DNA of 64,000 bases. It comes from Octopus bimaculoides. Its lineage: Eukaryota. Positions 51,081-62,600 of this stretch are shown here, one piece after another; the first letter of the stretch is position 1; every line of letters begins with the position of its first letter. The stretch spans positions 19,738,831 through 19,802,830 of the forward strand of contig NC_068993.1 in assembly GCF_001194135.2 (NCBI RefSeq), in the 5' to 3' direction. The notes beneath the pieces were generated by a model that saw only the letters and a list, made by a program, of their open reading frames with translations, was not told the origin of the DNA and searched no databases. The translations under genes were made by a program, and so were the position numbers.

Positions 51081-53073
51081 ATCAGACAAGGGACGCTGAA
51101 CTGAATTTCAAATATAAAAAGAAAAATCCTAATTAATTGAATTTCCCTTCTTGAAGGAAGAAAACTAATATCTAGTAGTAATTCTTGGCGACTCTCAAGG
51201 AAAAATAGTATAAAATTTCAAGAAATTTAGAATAAATCGATATACTAATTTGCCAGCTCAGAAGAAAGTCTGATCTTTGCTTACACGCGAAGACATCTAC
51301 GAACATGTTTCAGTCTAACATCTTTATCAGAGCATAGTTAACTGATATATTCGCACACACACATAAGTATGAGCGCGCGTGCACGTGTGTGTAAAGAGTA
51401 ACAAATAAATTTAGGCCGGTATGATATGCTGCATTAAACCATAAAGAGAGCTAAGGGAAATAATTGAAAAGAAACAACGACTTGAATTGAGATAAAGGCA
51501 TCATAAAGATTAAATGAGTTTATAAGTAATCTAACTAATGGTATTTAATGATGAAGACGATTACATTCTCTAAATAAGAAGTCACCGATACTATCGTTGT
51601 TGTTTAACTCAATACGAAACCTTAACGAGTACATCCCATAAATGAGCACGTCGTATTGTTCGGAGTGTGTCTACGACTACATTATCTAATATGTCCTTTC
51701 AGACGTTAGAACTTGATTTAAGGGAGATTCGGCTAATATCTCTATGAGGTTGCGGGATGTCGTGTGAAAGGGAGAAAACTCTGCTTGTCTTTCTTCTTAC
51801 ATTGGTTCAATGATACAAAATTATAATGAAAGGCTCTCATCACTTGACTCGATTACATTTTGTACCTACATTCTATTTTTATCGACTGCAAGGTTTACAA
51901 AAGCAAAACCAATCCGCATACCATTTAAACAGTGAACAAAAAGGAATAAACTATGTACAGCAAGGCAAATACATGGTATCTCCTAGTGGACAGCTAATAG
52001 AAGGGAGGTAATCATTTGTTCGCAATATTTGGCGGGATTAGAAGTTTGAACTTTAAATTAAGGAATTAAGGAAAAGATGCTTTAAAAAAATGCATATTTT
52101 AAAGATATTTTGTCTTGCTTAATTATTATAAATTTATCAAACTTTTCTAGCCAGTGGAAATGTGATATAACCCTATTTTATTCTTTTTAACCTGAGGTAT
52201 ATCAATTAAACATTTTATGAAGCGAGACATTTCTCACAGAACATAATTACAGTCTCATGTTAATTAGTGCAAGCCCTCAACTAAGGTCTGGCATTCCACC
52301 AGCTTAAAACCCGATTTAATTGACCGATGTTTCATAAGCCTGCTAAAATCTAGTGATGGATGGGTTAGAGCAATGTAACTTTACTACCTCACACTTCATG
52401 CAAATGTCATTTGTCATGCCTTGAAGACGCCATATGTAATAGCAGTCACTATTTGCATATATTTAGAATAAGCATATTTGCTAACCAAATCTGTGATTCT
52501 GACGCGTGTACGTAAAGTAACATGTAATATATGGTTAATATCTTAACCCTAGTAGGTTGGTAATAATATTCGACGGGGATAATCTTTACTGACATGTATA
52601 CAGACAATTTTCTACCGATTATTGCCTGCAAAATGAAAAAAGAAACACAACTAGAAGCTGTCAGGGGCAGATTCTCCAAATTGTGTGTGTGTGTGTATGT
52701 GCGTGCGTGTGTGTGTCTGCGTGTGATAGCACTCAATCAATGTGACTATGTAAGCCGTAAATCAACGGATTAAAGACTTACTGTATTTAATTACATTCTT
52801 CATTATGGTGATTCAAATTCTGCCATTGTTAACTCTTCAACTCTCTAGAGTTGATACAATCAGTACTGCTAGTGACAAGTTGACATAGATGGAATATAGC
52901 TCTTCTCCTAAAGAGCTAGACTTGTAAGTTAGAGATAAATTTATCTCATCGTTTTGAAATACATTTACACCATTAATCCCCAAAAGTAAATAAAATAACA
53001 GTATTATACTCGAATTAATTAACTCGCTTATATTTGTACTGTCTGTCACTCTCTGCCTCTCTCTCCTGTTGTA

Positions 53074-53458
53074 CTCTTTTATTCCTTTACTTGTTTCAGT
53101 CGTTTGAATGCTGTCATGCTGGAGCACCGCCTTGAAGGGATTTTAGTCGAACAAATCGACCCCAGGACTTTTTTAAAGCCTGGTACTTATTCTATCGGTC
53201 TTTTTTGCCGAAATGCGAAGTTACGAGGGCATAAACACACCAACACCGGTTTCAAGTGGTGATGGTTGACAAATAGACACAAAGACACACACACACACAC
53301 ACACACAAGATATGCTACATTCAGTTTATGTCTACCAAATCCACTCACAAGATTTTGGTCGGGCCAATGCTATATAAAAAGACACTTGCCTAACGTGCCA
53401 CGCAGTGGGACTGAACCCAGAACCACGTGGTTGGGAAGCAAACTTCTTAGCACAGTCA
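53074..53458 (-). mobile_element. Full-length SINE-B with short internal (CA)n
   Basis: Tail ACTTGTTTCAGTC at about 53089; head CCACGCAGTGGGACTGAACCCAGAACCACGTGGTTGGGAAGC at about 53398-53440. Confidence 0.85.
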
Positions 53459-53598
53459 CTAATTAACATGAGACAGTAATTATGTTCTATGAGAAATGTC
53501 TCACTTCATAAAATATTTAATTGATATACCTCAGATTAAGAAGAATAAAATAGGGTTATATCTCATTTCTAGTGACTAGAAAATTTTGCTAATTTTAT

Positions 53599-53664
<66 letters not shown>

Positions 53665-53693
53665 NNNNNNNNNNNNNNNNNNNNNNNNNNNNN

Positions 53694-53730
<37 letters not shown>

Positions 53731-53941
53731 GTATATATATGCATGTATGTATTTAAGTATGTATGCATGTATGTATATAGCATTTTGTGTGAAATTTCTA
53801 TTAATTGCTAATATTATTAATGTGCAAGAGTTACGGGACAAACCTTAAGTACGTTATAGTATTTTGTTTCCCTTTATTTTCTGCGTTCGAATTCCCTCTG
53901 GCCTTAATTCATCTATAATTGATAAAATAAGACCTGTCTTA

Positions 53942-54080
53942 TAGGCACAGGTGAGACGAAGAAGCTCGCTTTGTAACCTTGTGATTTCACTTGCAAAGCG
54001 CTTGAAGAAGTCTTTTCTTCTATAGCACGAGTCGATCAATGCCTTTTGAGCGAATTTGGTAGACGTAAGGCAGCTCGTCG
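53942..54080 (+). mobile_element. Degenerate SINE-B 5' half
   Basis: TAGGCACAGG...AAGAAGCTCGCTT...CTTCTATAGC...ATTTGGTAGACG...GCTCGTCG followed by (TA)n. Confidence 0.65.
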
Positions 54081-54123
54081 TAAATATATATATATATATA
54101 TATATATATAGGGGGGGGGTGTA

Positions 54124-54169
<46 letters not shown>

Positions 54170-54189
54170 ATGGAGAAATTATACAAAAT

Positions 54190-54450
54190 GTATAAATAGA
54201 TGATGAGTAAAGCACCGGCATAGGTTCGATTACCTGTTATCCGTAGATTTATTGCAGGAACTTCGTAATGGCGGTTGGGGCAACAGTATTAATAAAATAG
54301 ATGGAAAGAGGAAATGTTTTATTGGGTACGACACATGTTTCGACCCATTCTGGGTCTCTTCGAGTACATCAATAAAAAGTTTTACGAGAGATCCTCTGAT
54401 TCGGTTTTACGTACTGCTATACGTCCATCAACTTCGAGAATATACATATA
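54190..54450 (-). mobile_element. Probable solo PLE terminal repeat carrying a hammerhead ribozyme
   Basis: Contains the hammerhead fold at 54317-54377 with AATAAA in its 3' strand; boundaries approximate. Confidence 0.5.
54317..54377 (-). ncRNA. Type I hammerhead-ribozyme-like RNA (variant core UCGAAGA)
   Basis: Minus strand TTTTATTG-AT-GTAC-TCGAAGA-GACCC-AGAAT-GGGTC-GAAAC-ATGT-GTC-GTAC-C-CAATAAAA: stem I of 4+8 bp with a 2x1 loop, 5-bp stem II, GAAA, self-complementary stem III and a GUC cleavage triplet. Confidence 0.7.
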
Positions 54451-54529
54451 CTCTTTTACTCGTTTCAGCCATGCGGTTGCGTTCATGCTGCAGCACCACC
54501 TACAAATAGAGAGAGGTGTATATGTATAT

Positions 54530-54732
54530 TGTTTATCTCCTTTCACCATTTTACAACTGGTGTTGGTTTGTTTGCGTCCCGGTACCTTTGCGGCTCAGCA
54601 AAAACCGATAGAATTTGTACCTACACTGACTTAAAGAAAATAAGAAGTAGTGAAGTGGATTTGTTCGGCTAAACCCTTCAAGGCCGTGCTCCAGTTTGTT
54701 CGCAGTCCTTTGAATGAAACAAGTAAAAGAAT
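54530..54732 (+). mobile_element. SINE-B 3' half
   Basis: CAACTGGTGTTGGTTTGTTTGCGTCCC...CCGATAGAAT...CAAGGCCGTGCTCCAG...TGAAACAAGTAAAAGA. Confidence 0.75.
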
Positions 54733-56349
54733 ATAAAGACGATACACTGGAAACTTCTGAAACAAAATCAACCGTTACACTATGAGAAATCAGTATTTAT
54801 ACATATCGTATAATAAGTAAGTAATATCATAGGAAATAATTCTTGTCAATATTTAAGAGTAGATTGTTATTTAAAAGAAGTATTTATTTAAGGAATATTG
54901 TAGAATAAGAGGCAAGTGTTTGTGTCTACAGTAACGTTTCCATTCCAATCTGAAGATATTTCCTTTCATATATATGCTGTTGTTATTTGCCTTTGAGAAA
55001 GACATGGACGACACATATTGGTTTTCTTATAAATCTCAGATATTGTGTCTAGTCAAAAAAGAAAAATCAATAGATGTATTTATTGGCAAGATTCCATGAC
55101 AGTTTTACCAATAGTCTGCGATACCAGTATTTATCAGAGGAATTTATCAGCATTATTTTGTAGTAATTATATGTCTCTTAATGGTGGTGGTATTTATAAA
55201 TAGAGATATTGTGATTACAGTAGTTTTTCTAGTGTGTTTTTACCATTGATTCCTCTTGATTAAGCATAGGGATATATTTTCAGGTGACTGCGTCGTCGTC
55301 AACATAAACAGTTCTATTATATGACTGGTGTTTACTTTATCGACTCCAGTGTGAAGGTATGGGTGTACGGTTTAAGAAGTTCACTTTGCAACTGTGCATC
55401 ACATAGACAACTCTCTTTCGACACAGCCTCAAATCTCAAAAATCCTTTTGAATGATATTTAATAGACGTGCACTGCGTTTAAGCCTGTCGAAGGAGCCGT
55501 TCCTCTTCGCGGGCTACAAATCCATCACCTGGTTTTAAACTATTACTTTAGTAAGTTAAACTATTACTTTACTAAGTTCATTATTTTACAACCACTCAAG
55601 CCAGGATTCCCGTCTATATATAGCTTCTTCCCATCAGCATTGAAGGCTTTGAAAAGAGTCAGGAATAGAACATCTGAATAATTATGGACGGTGTGTAGAA
55701 GTCAGTGTCCTATTGTTTCCAAGAGCTCTCCCCATTTTAATAACAACGATTCTCAACTTTAGCTCTATCACATTCACTTCCTCGGTATTCCTTGTTAGTT
55801 GCATCTACCTACTAGGAGTTATTCAAGATTATCATATCTGACTGCTCGTCATACACTCTTCGAAACACTGGTTATTTAAAAGAATTCAGGCAAGCCATAC
55901 GTGGCGTAACGCTTGATGCCATTCAGACTACAGCTGCTACAAGATAAACAAATGATGTTAGCTCATTCAGCAGCTAGCATATATTTTTCATCTATTCCGA
56001 AACGTATAAAACCCAATCAGAAAAGTTTCCAAAATCCATGTTTCACTTCTTTTATTACTAAACAAAAATCGAAACACTCAAAAGCAGTAGCTACACATTA
56101 AACAACATAATATCTTGGGCCATCGTGAGACAGGGTATAACACATCGATATTCTCAACAGGAGAATAGCGACAGGACATCGATTATTTCACCTAGTTTTT
56201 CTGTCGTTTTAAAAAGCAAGCTAAAAAAAAAATAAAGAGTAAAAACTTTTTATCTGGATAGCATGGTGGAGGCTGAGGGTTGGTTGGTCGGTCGGTTGGT
56301 CGGTCGGTTGGTTGGTTGGTTGGTTGGTCGGTGGATTGGTTGGTAATGG

Positions 56350-56475
56350 ACGCTGACAGCAGATTTGGAACATTCCCAGAGAAGTGAACAAGGAAGTGGT
56401 TACGTTAGTGAGTAAAAACCTGAACAAAGGGAACATAACAGACAGCTCCAGACCCTTAACAGTGTTAAATACAGT
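56350..56475 (+). mobile_element. Short Tx1-like LINE RT N-terminal fragment
   Basis: IPREVNKEVVTLVSKNLNKGNITDSSRPLTVLNT resembles IP..V.RGVVTLL.K...KG..I.NFRPITLLN. Confidence 0.55.
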
Positions 56476-57104
56476 TACGGGTCTGAAGTTATCTGTTACC
56501 TTCTCCTGAAGACTTTTCTAGTTACCTTTGAATTGTTGTCTATTATTTATAGTTTTAGCTGATTCGCGTTTCATCTTTTCAAGTAGAGGGAAAATGTTGA
56601 CATTTTTAAAATACTCGTTTATTTTGAAATCAAACTATTTATTATATTAGGACTTTTGCTGAAAAAAAAATTATACATAACGAAAGTTCAGTAATTTATG
56701 TTTGTGGCAAAATTACCTTCAAGCATTTCCATCCCTTCTGTTATACAGTCAGGATATAATTCTAATGGGAGAGCTCTAGTTTGCACCATTCTTTCTTTCC
56801 CTAATAGAAATTGTTTCGTTTTAAAAGTTTAGTTATTTTATTCAAGTAGACTTAATAATCTTCAAAAAATGTTCATTAGATTTTCATGTCTGTTCAAGTA
56901 AAAACAAAACCAAAATACCGTGATCTCGAAGAAATTGCTTGACTAATTTGACAGAATGAATAGTAGCAATTATATTTGCAAAACAGAAGATTTTCACGAC
57001 TATGATCTTGTGAAAAAAAAAGGTCATTTGTGAATTTTCTTCTCATTTATATTGTGCAATGACGCTTTTATTGAAGACTAGCACTTACTATAAAATATAG
57101 TACA

Positions 57105-57265
57105 AGTATGGTTCTGTAGTTAAGAAGTTCACATCGTAACCACATGATTCTGCTTTCGCTCACGCTACATGGTAAATTAAACAAGAGCTTTGTGTCATAG
57201 CTTCCAGCTGACTAATGCCGTGCAAGTTAAATTTGGTAGATAGAAACTGTGTGAATACTCATCAT
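57105..57265 (+). mobile_element. Degenerate SINE-B 5' half
   Basis: GTAGTTAAGAAGTTCAC...TAACCACATGATT...ATTTGGTAGATAGAAACTG. Confidence 0.55.
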
Positions 57266-58745
57266 ATGTGTGTTGATGTGTGTGTGTGGGGGGGGGGGAG
57301 ACTTGTGTGGGTATAAGTGTGTGTATGTGCGTGCGTGTGTGTATATGCTTCTCCCATAAACATCAACAAAGGATATTAGCCTTAGTGTGAAATAACGAAA
57401 ATGTTCATAATCACTCTTCACTTTTACTGTCAGTTGAGTGAAATAATGACTGATGCGACGCTATTGTCCACGATTTGTGGTTTAAAAAATTTAAATTTAA
57501 AAAGGCGGCGCCAAGCAGCTGTACTCTATTTTTCTCGAATTTTCCGTCTGTTCTAAGATAGGCACCTGGAATATTTGAAAATTTCGATGCATTCGAGAAG
57601 TTAACATTTTGGAAATTAACTCCAAACGTTTCTGTGTACTTTTAAAGAAATTATTCTCCATCAACATTGCTTTTTCTGCGGTAATTATTTTTTCGAAAAT
57701 TTAGTGATTATATACATCCTGGTGCGTCTGTATATACTTCTTCTACTACTTGTAGTGAAATCCTTTGATAAGGAAACAATATTCTCCAGTGTTTTGAAGA
57801 GGAGCGTTTTTTCATGTCGGACCCATTTTCTGTGGCTTGTCATATTGTTTTGATGGACAAATTCTATCTATTGTAGTTAATGGAATATCTAATTTCCATT
57901 TTTTTGTTTTTGGTTTATTATTTTGTAGTTTTGAAGCTATGAGTCTAAACATGAAATATAAAATTACTTCCTCTCTTCGAAGATGATAAATTGCTACTTT
58001 AGCGGGGGGGAACGTCAATCCCAAAATAAAGTTCTATGCACTATCTAATTACATGAAACGATGAAAGAAATAAAAGAAAAAAACCTTAATTTTAAAAAAG
58101 CAAAAACGCAGTAAGAATGAAGTTTCCTCTTAGCTTTCGCAAAATTCGGAATGAAGAAACGAAAGTGAAGTGAAGAAATAAAAACTCAATTGAAAATAAA
58201 GAATAGAAATAGACAGAAGATACTTTTCTTTCCAATTCCAATAGAAAATTACATATTAATAGTAATGAAATTAGAATCACAAACCCANNNNNNNNNNNNN
58301 NNNNNNNNNNNNNNNNNNNNNNNNNNNNNNNNNNNNNNNNNNNNNNNNNNNNNNNNNNNNNNNNNNNNNNNNNNNNNNNNNNNNNNNNNNNNNNNNNNNN
58401 NNNNNNNNNNNNNNNNNNNNNNNNNNNNNNNNNNNNNNNNNNNNNNNNNNNNNNNNNNNNNNNNNNNNNNNNNNNNNNNNNNNNNNNNNNNNNNNNNNNN
58501 NNNNNNNNNNNNNNNNNNNNNNNNNNNNNNNNNNNNNNNNNNNNNNNNNNNNNNNNNNNNNNNNNNNNNNNNNNNNNNNNNNNNNNNNNNNNNNNNNNNN
58601 NNNNNNNNNNNNNNNNNNNNNNNNNNNNNNNNNNNNNNNNNNNNNNNNNNNNNNNNNNNNNNNNNNNNNNNNNNNNNNNNNNNNNNNNNNNNNNNNNNNN
58701 NNNNNNNNNNNNNNNNNNNNNNNNNNNNNNNNNNNNNNNNNNNNN

Positions 58746-58778
<33 letters not shown>

Positions 58779-59168
58779 TACATACTTATATATATACGCA
58801 TTTAAAAATATATATATTATATATAAACAATAAATTAAATACAAAAATACAATTGACAATCTGACAATTTATTTACATTATAATATATAACATACTATAA
58901 ATATAATATAAGATAAGATAAAATAACATTAAAAACTATTAAAAAACGCCAACAATGTTTTTCGACTTATATACATTATTTGATTTATAAACAATTCATA
59001 TCCAAGTATAAAAGTCTCTTCAGGGTCTTTTGTTCAAAAAGACCGACGAAATTATACGATCTGTTTCTATATTAATGAGTTCATACCAGCGTACATATAC
59101 GTGGACATTCTCTGCACAAATTGCATAATGCATAAACATACATGTGTATACTAATACTCGTGTGAATA

Positions 59169-59272
59169 ATGATATATAGTTTATTTATATATGATAATAT
59201 ATTATAATATATAATATATAGTTTATTTATATATGATAATATATTATAATATATGATATATAGTTTATTTAT
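59169..59272. repeat. AT-rich 42-bp minisatellite, about 2.5 copies
   Basis: Unit GATATATAGTTTATTTATATATGATAATATATTATAATATAT; explains the repeated KLYIIYYNILSYIN peptide. Confidence 0.85.
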
Positions 59273-62200
59273 ATTGATGAAATTTCCTAAATATTTATAC
59301 AAACGTGACCATATATTTCACAAATTCCAATCCAAAATGGCGGTGAATTGCTATTATTTTTAAGCAGAACACGAGAAAGTTTCTAATGATATTGCATGAA
59401 ACCTAAGGTTCCTAAGGTAGTTTTGAAAATTCACAAACAAACAAAGCATTTATCCCCGAATGCGGTGTTGAGTACTCATTCTCAATGTTCAAGACTAACG
59501 TGAATATATATATATATATATATATANNNNNNNNNNNNNNNNNNNNNNNNNNNNNNNNNNNNNNNNNNNNNNNNNNNNNNNNNNNNNNNNNNNNNNNNNN
59601 NNNNNNNNNNNNNNNNNNNNNNNNNNNNNNNNNNNNNNNNNNNNATATATATTTATATTTATACACTTAATAATTAATTAGTAATATATACGTGTGTATG
59701 TATGTATGTATGTATGCATGTATGCATGTATGTTTGTATGTATATACGTATTTAATATGCATGTATGTATGGGGTTTTCTGCGATCTTTCAGGCGATAAT
59801 GTAAAATTATGAAACAAGGCAGATTATGGTAGGATGCATAATGTCCTATCAGGTGACTAGATTTAACCAATGAGATTCTACTTTATTAGTACCCATGAAC
59901 TTCACATTTTCTGCCTTCGTTTTCATGTCTTCTGAAGGGTGATATAAACCCGACAGTATCTAAATTTAGTATATATCTGGAACTTCTGTGAAAGACTTGG
60001 TACCATCCTTACCAAAAAAATGTAGAAATATGCTGCAAGGAATTAGAGAAATTGAATAAGCCATTTATGCCTACTTCTGTTCGTATATTGCAGTTTTTTC
60101 ATTCCTTCCCTTTACTAAACGTTGTTGATTTTTTTTTTAAAGTTCTATTAATATTCTTGTTTCCATAGTCTCCGTGCGAGGCGGCAATGACTTTGCTGGT
60201 GAGTAATTTCTTTATAGAAGCTATTTATTATTTTTCTCAGTTCTCGAAGTTAATGGGATCTAAATCCAGGCAATTATGTTATAAAATTACCTTTTTGCTT
60301 TCCTTTTTTTGTTTTAATTTTTTGTTGATTAATTATTATTTGCTTTCAGTTTTCGATATCTTCTTTGAAAAATCAATATTTATATAATTCTTTCAACGGT
60401 GGATAGCATCACCAGTGGAACACTAGACAAAATGGTTTGTGATATTTATCACAGTCACTTACAAGTTCACACCATGCCGGGGTCAATGTTTCAATTCACC
60501 TCTTTTGTTGTTGATAAAATAAAAATCAGTGAAGCACTATGATCGATCAAATCAGCACACCCTTTCGTTAAAATTAAGTATGTTGTGGATGAGTTAAAAA
60601 TCAATATTCAAATAATTAACAGTCAAACAAATGTATTTTTATTGTTTCTGTATTCTTGATTTCTACCTAGATAACTACAGATAATTGCAAAGCCTTTTTA
60701 TTTTATCTGTAAAGACGAAATAGTGCCTGTGGTGATATTGTTTTCATGGATGTGCGTATACTATTCTGGGTTTTATGTCTACTATTATATATTTGATTGA
60801 AACCACATAATGTTACTGCGTTCGATATCTATAGTGAAGAGGAAGGTTAAACACTTAAAGTACTAAGCAAAAAGATTTTAATTAAAAATACGTTTGTGTG
60901 AAGAGAAATAAAGGATTAAATTTAATGATAACTCTTACCATGAAATGCAAGGGATACAACTCTGAAATCCAAATTATTTAAGCATCAAATGGTGAAATCA
61001 ACAGGGTAGAAGTTTGGTCTTTTGGTAAATGCATTAACAGCACGTGATATGTTCCATTATTATCAGGCTTCCTCGGCGAAGCTGACTCTTACCCTATTTA
61101 CTCTCAGCTCATTTCAATGACCCGAGAGAGTGAAAGAATTTTGATGACAGTCATTCATTTGGTGACTTACTATGATGATTGGGGAAGATTTCTTTAAGAT
61201 GCTTTCTGCATATAAAAAATCATAGTACAAGGTAGCCTACAATGAGTAGCGCTCGTTGTTTGGCATAAGGAGTAGGTTTCGATTCCATAATTCGTAAAAT
61301 AGCCTGACACAGGTCATTAAGTGGGGTTACAATCGAAATTAAGTGGACAAAAATCATGCTAATTATGGCTTAATCAGAGAATGGACGAAAGAATCCGTGG
61401 TACTTTTTGTAGGATCTTCAAAGTTGATGGAATAAATGAAGAAAGACTTCGTGGATTACTGTTTAAATGTTTGCAACAGAGTAGACTTCGCTCATAACAC
61501 ACAAGAGCCTAGAAGTGGTATCAAACTAGAAACGGTTTGGAAGTGGTGTTAAGCTAGAAAGTTTGTCACACAAAAGAAATATATGAGTAAAATATCCTTT
61601 CTTTGAAATTTCTGTAACGTATTTCGAGATGTAGAATTGAAAAAAAAACAAAAACATATTAGTTTTCACATTTAAAGGATTTTTAAAAATCACTATATTT
61701 GGGTGTAAGTTTATTGCAAATGAAAGAAATTTCGAGTAACAAACATTTTTAGTTACTAAACTAAAACCAGCGAATGATACCTATTATTAATTTCTTTCAT
61801 ACTCTCATTCACTCATAATATTCTGCTTAAGTCTATTCCATAACAGAATCAATATTATCCTCTTACAATAGTTGTAAACACTGTAGAATATTAAAAATAT
61901 CACAGCGAATGTTTGCTATTGGTCTCGCTTTGTGACCATTTTATTTTACTTACATCGCTTATGAAATTATCAATGTGTAGAAAACAGAAAACAAAAAATG
62001 AGCAATCGTAATAGCCATGTCTTTCTTCAACAGTATTAGTCAAGTAAAAAAAATTGCTCTAGCAATGAATTGAAACCCGTTATACATTCAAATCATTGTA
62101 ATCTTTGGTAGATTGCACTAAGACGTAAAGTTTACAGAAAAACGAAATGCGAATGAAAGTCAAAGCTATAATTATGTTCATGTTGCTGAATCTGAGAAAA

Positions 62201-62522
62201 TTCCATTCACTACCTAAACTCATAAAACTGCTTTTATTTTCGGTTATAACATATTAAGCCTACGCATTGGTGACACGGGTTAAATAGGATTAGTTATTCC
62301 TTCTGCAAACGACCTCGAGGTTATTTTTAAACCTGAACAACGCAGCTAACATGGAGTTAAAAGATGCCATTTGCTTCAAGATAATACTTCTCTTAGACGT
62401 TTCAGTGCCAGAACTAACAAACTATATTGAAACAATTTCTTTTATGTTTAGTAAACTAATTAAACTTTGGAAAATGTATTACAGATTCTTATCAGAAAGG
62501 CTCCAAGCACAAACAGACAGAC

Positions 62523-62523
<1 letters not shown>

Positions 62524-62599
<76 letters not shown>
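62524..62599. repeat. (GATA)n array at the 3' junction of a Tx1-like LINE
   Basis: Read directly. Confidence 0.95.

Positions 62600-62600
<1 letters not shown>

Noticed and set aside
60900-61560. Slightly GC-richer stretch with protein-like partial frames
   Set aside because: Stops in all frames and no motif I can assign; possibly an old TE, but unsupported.
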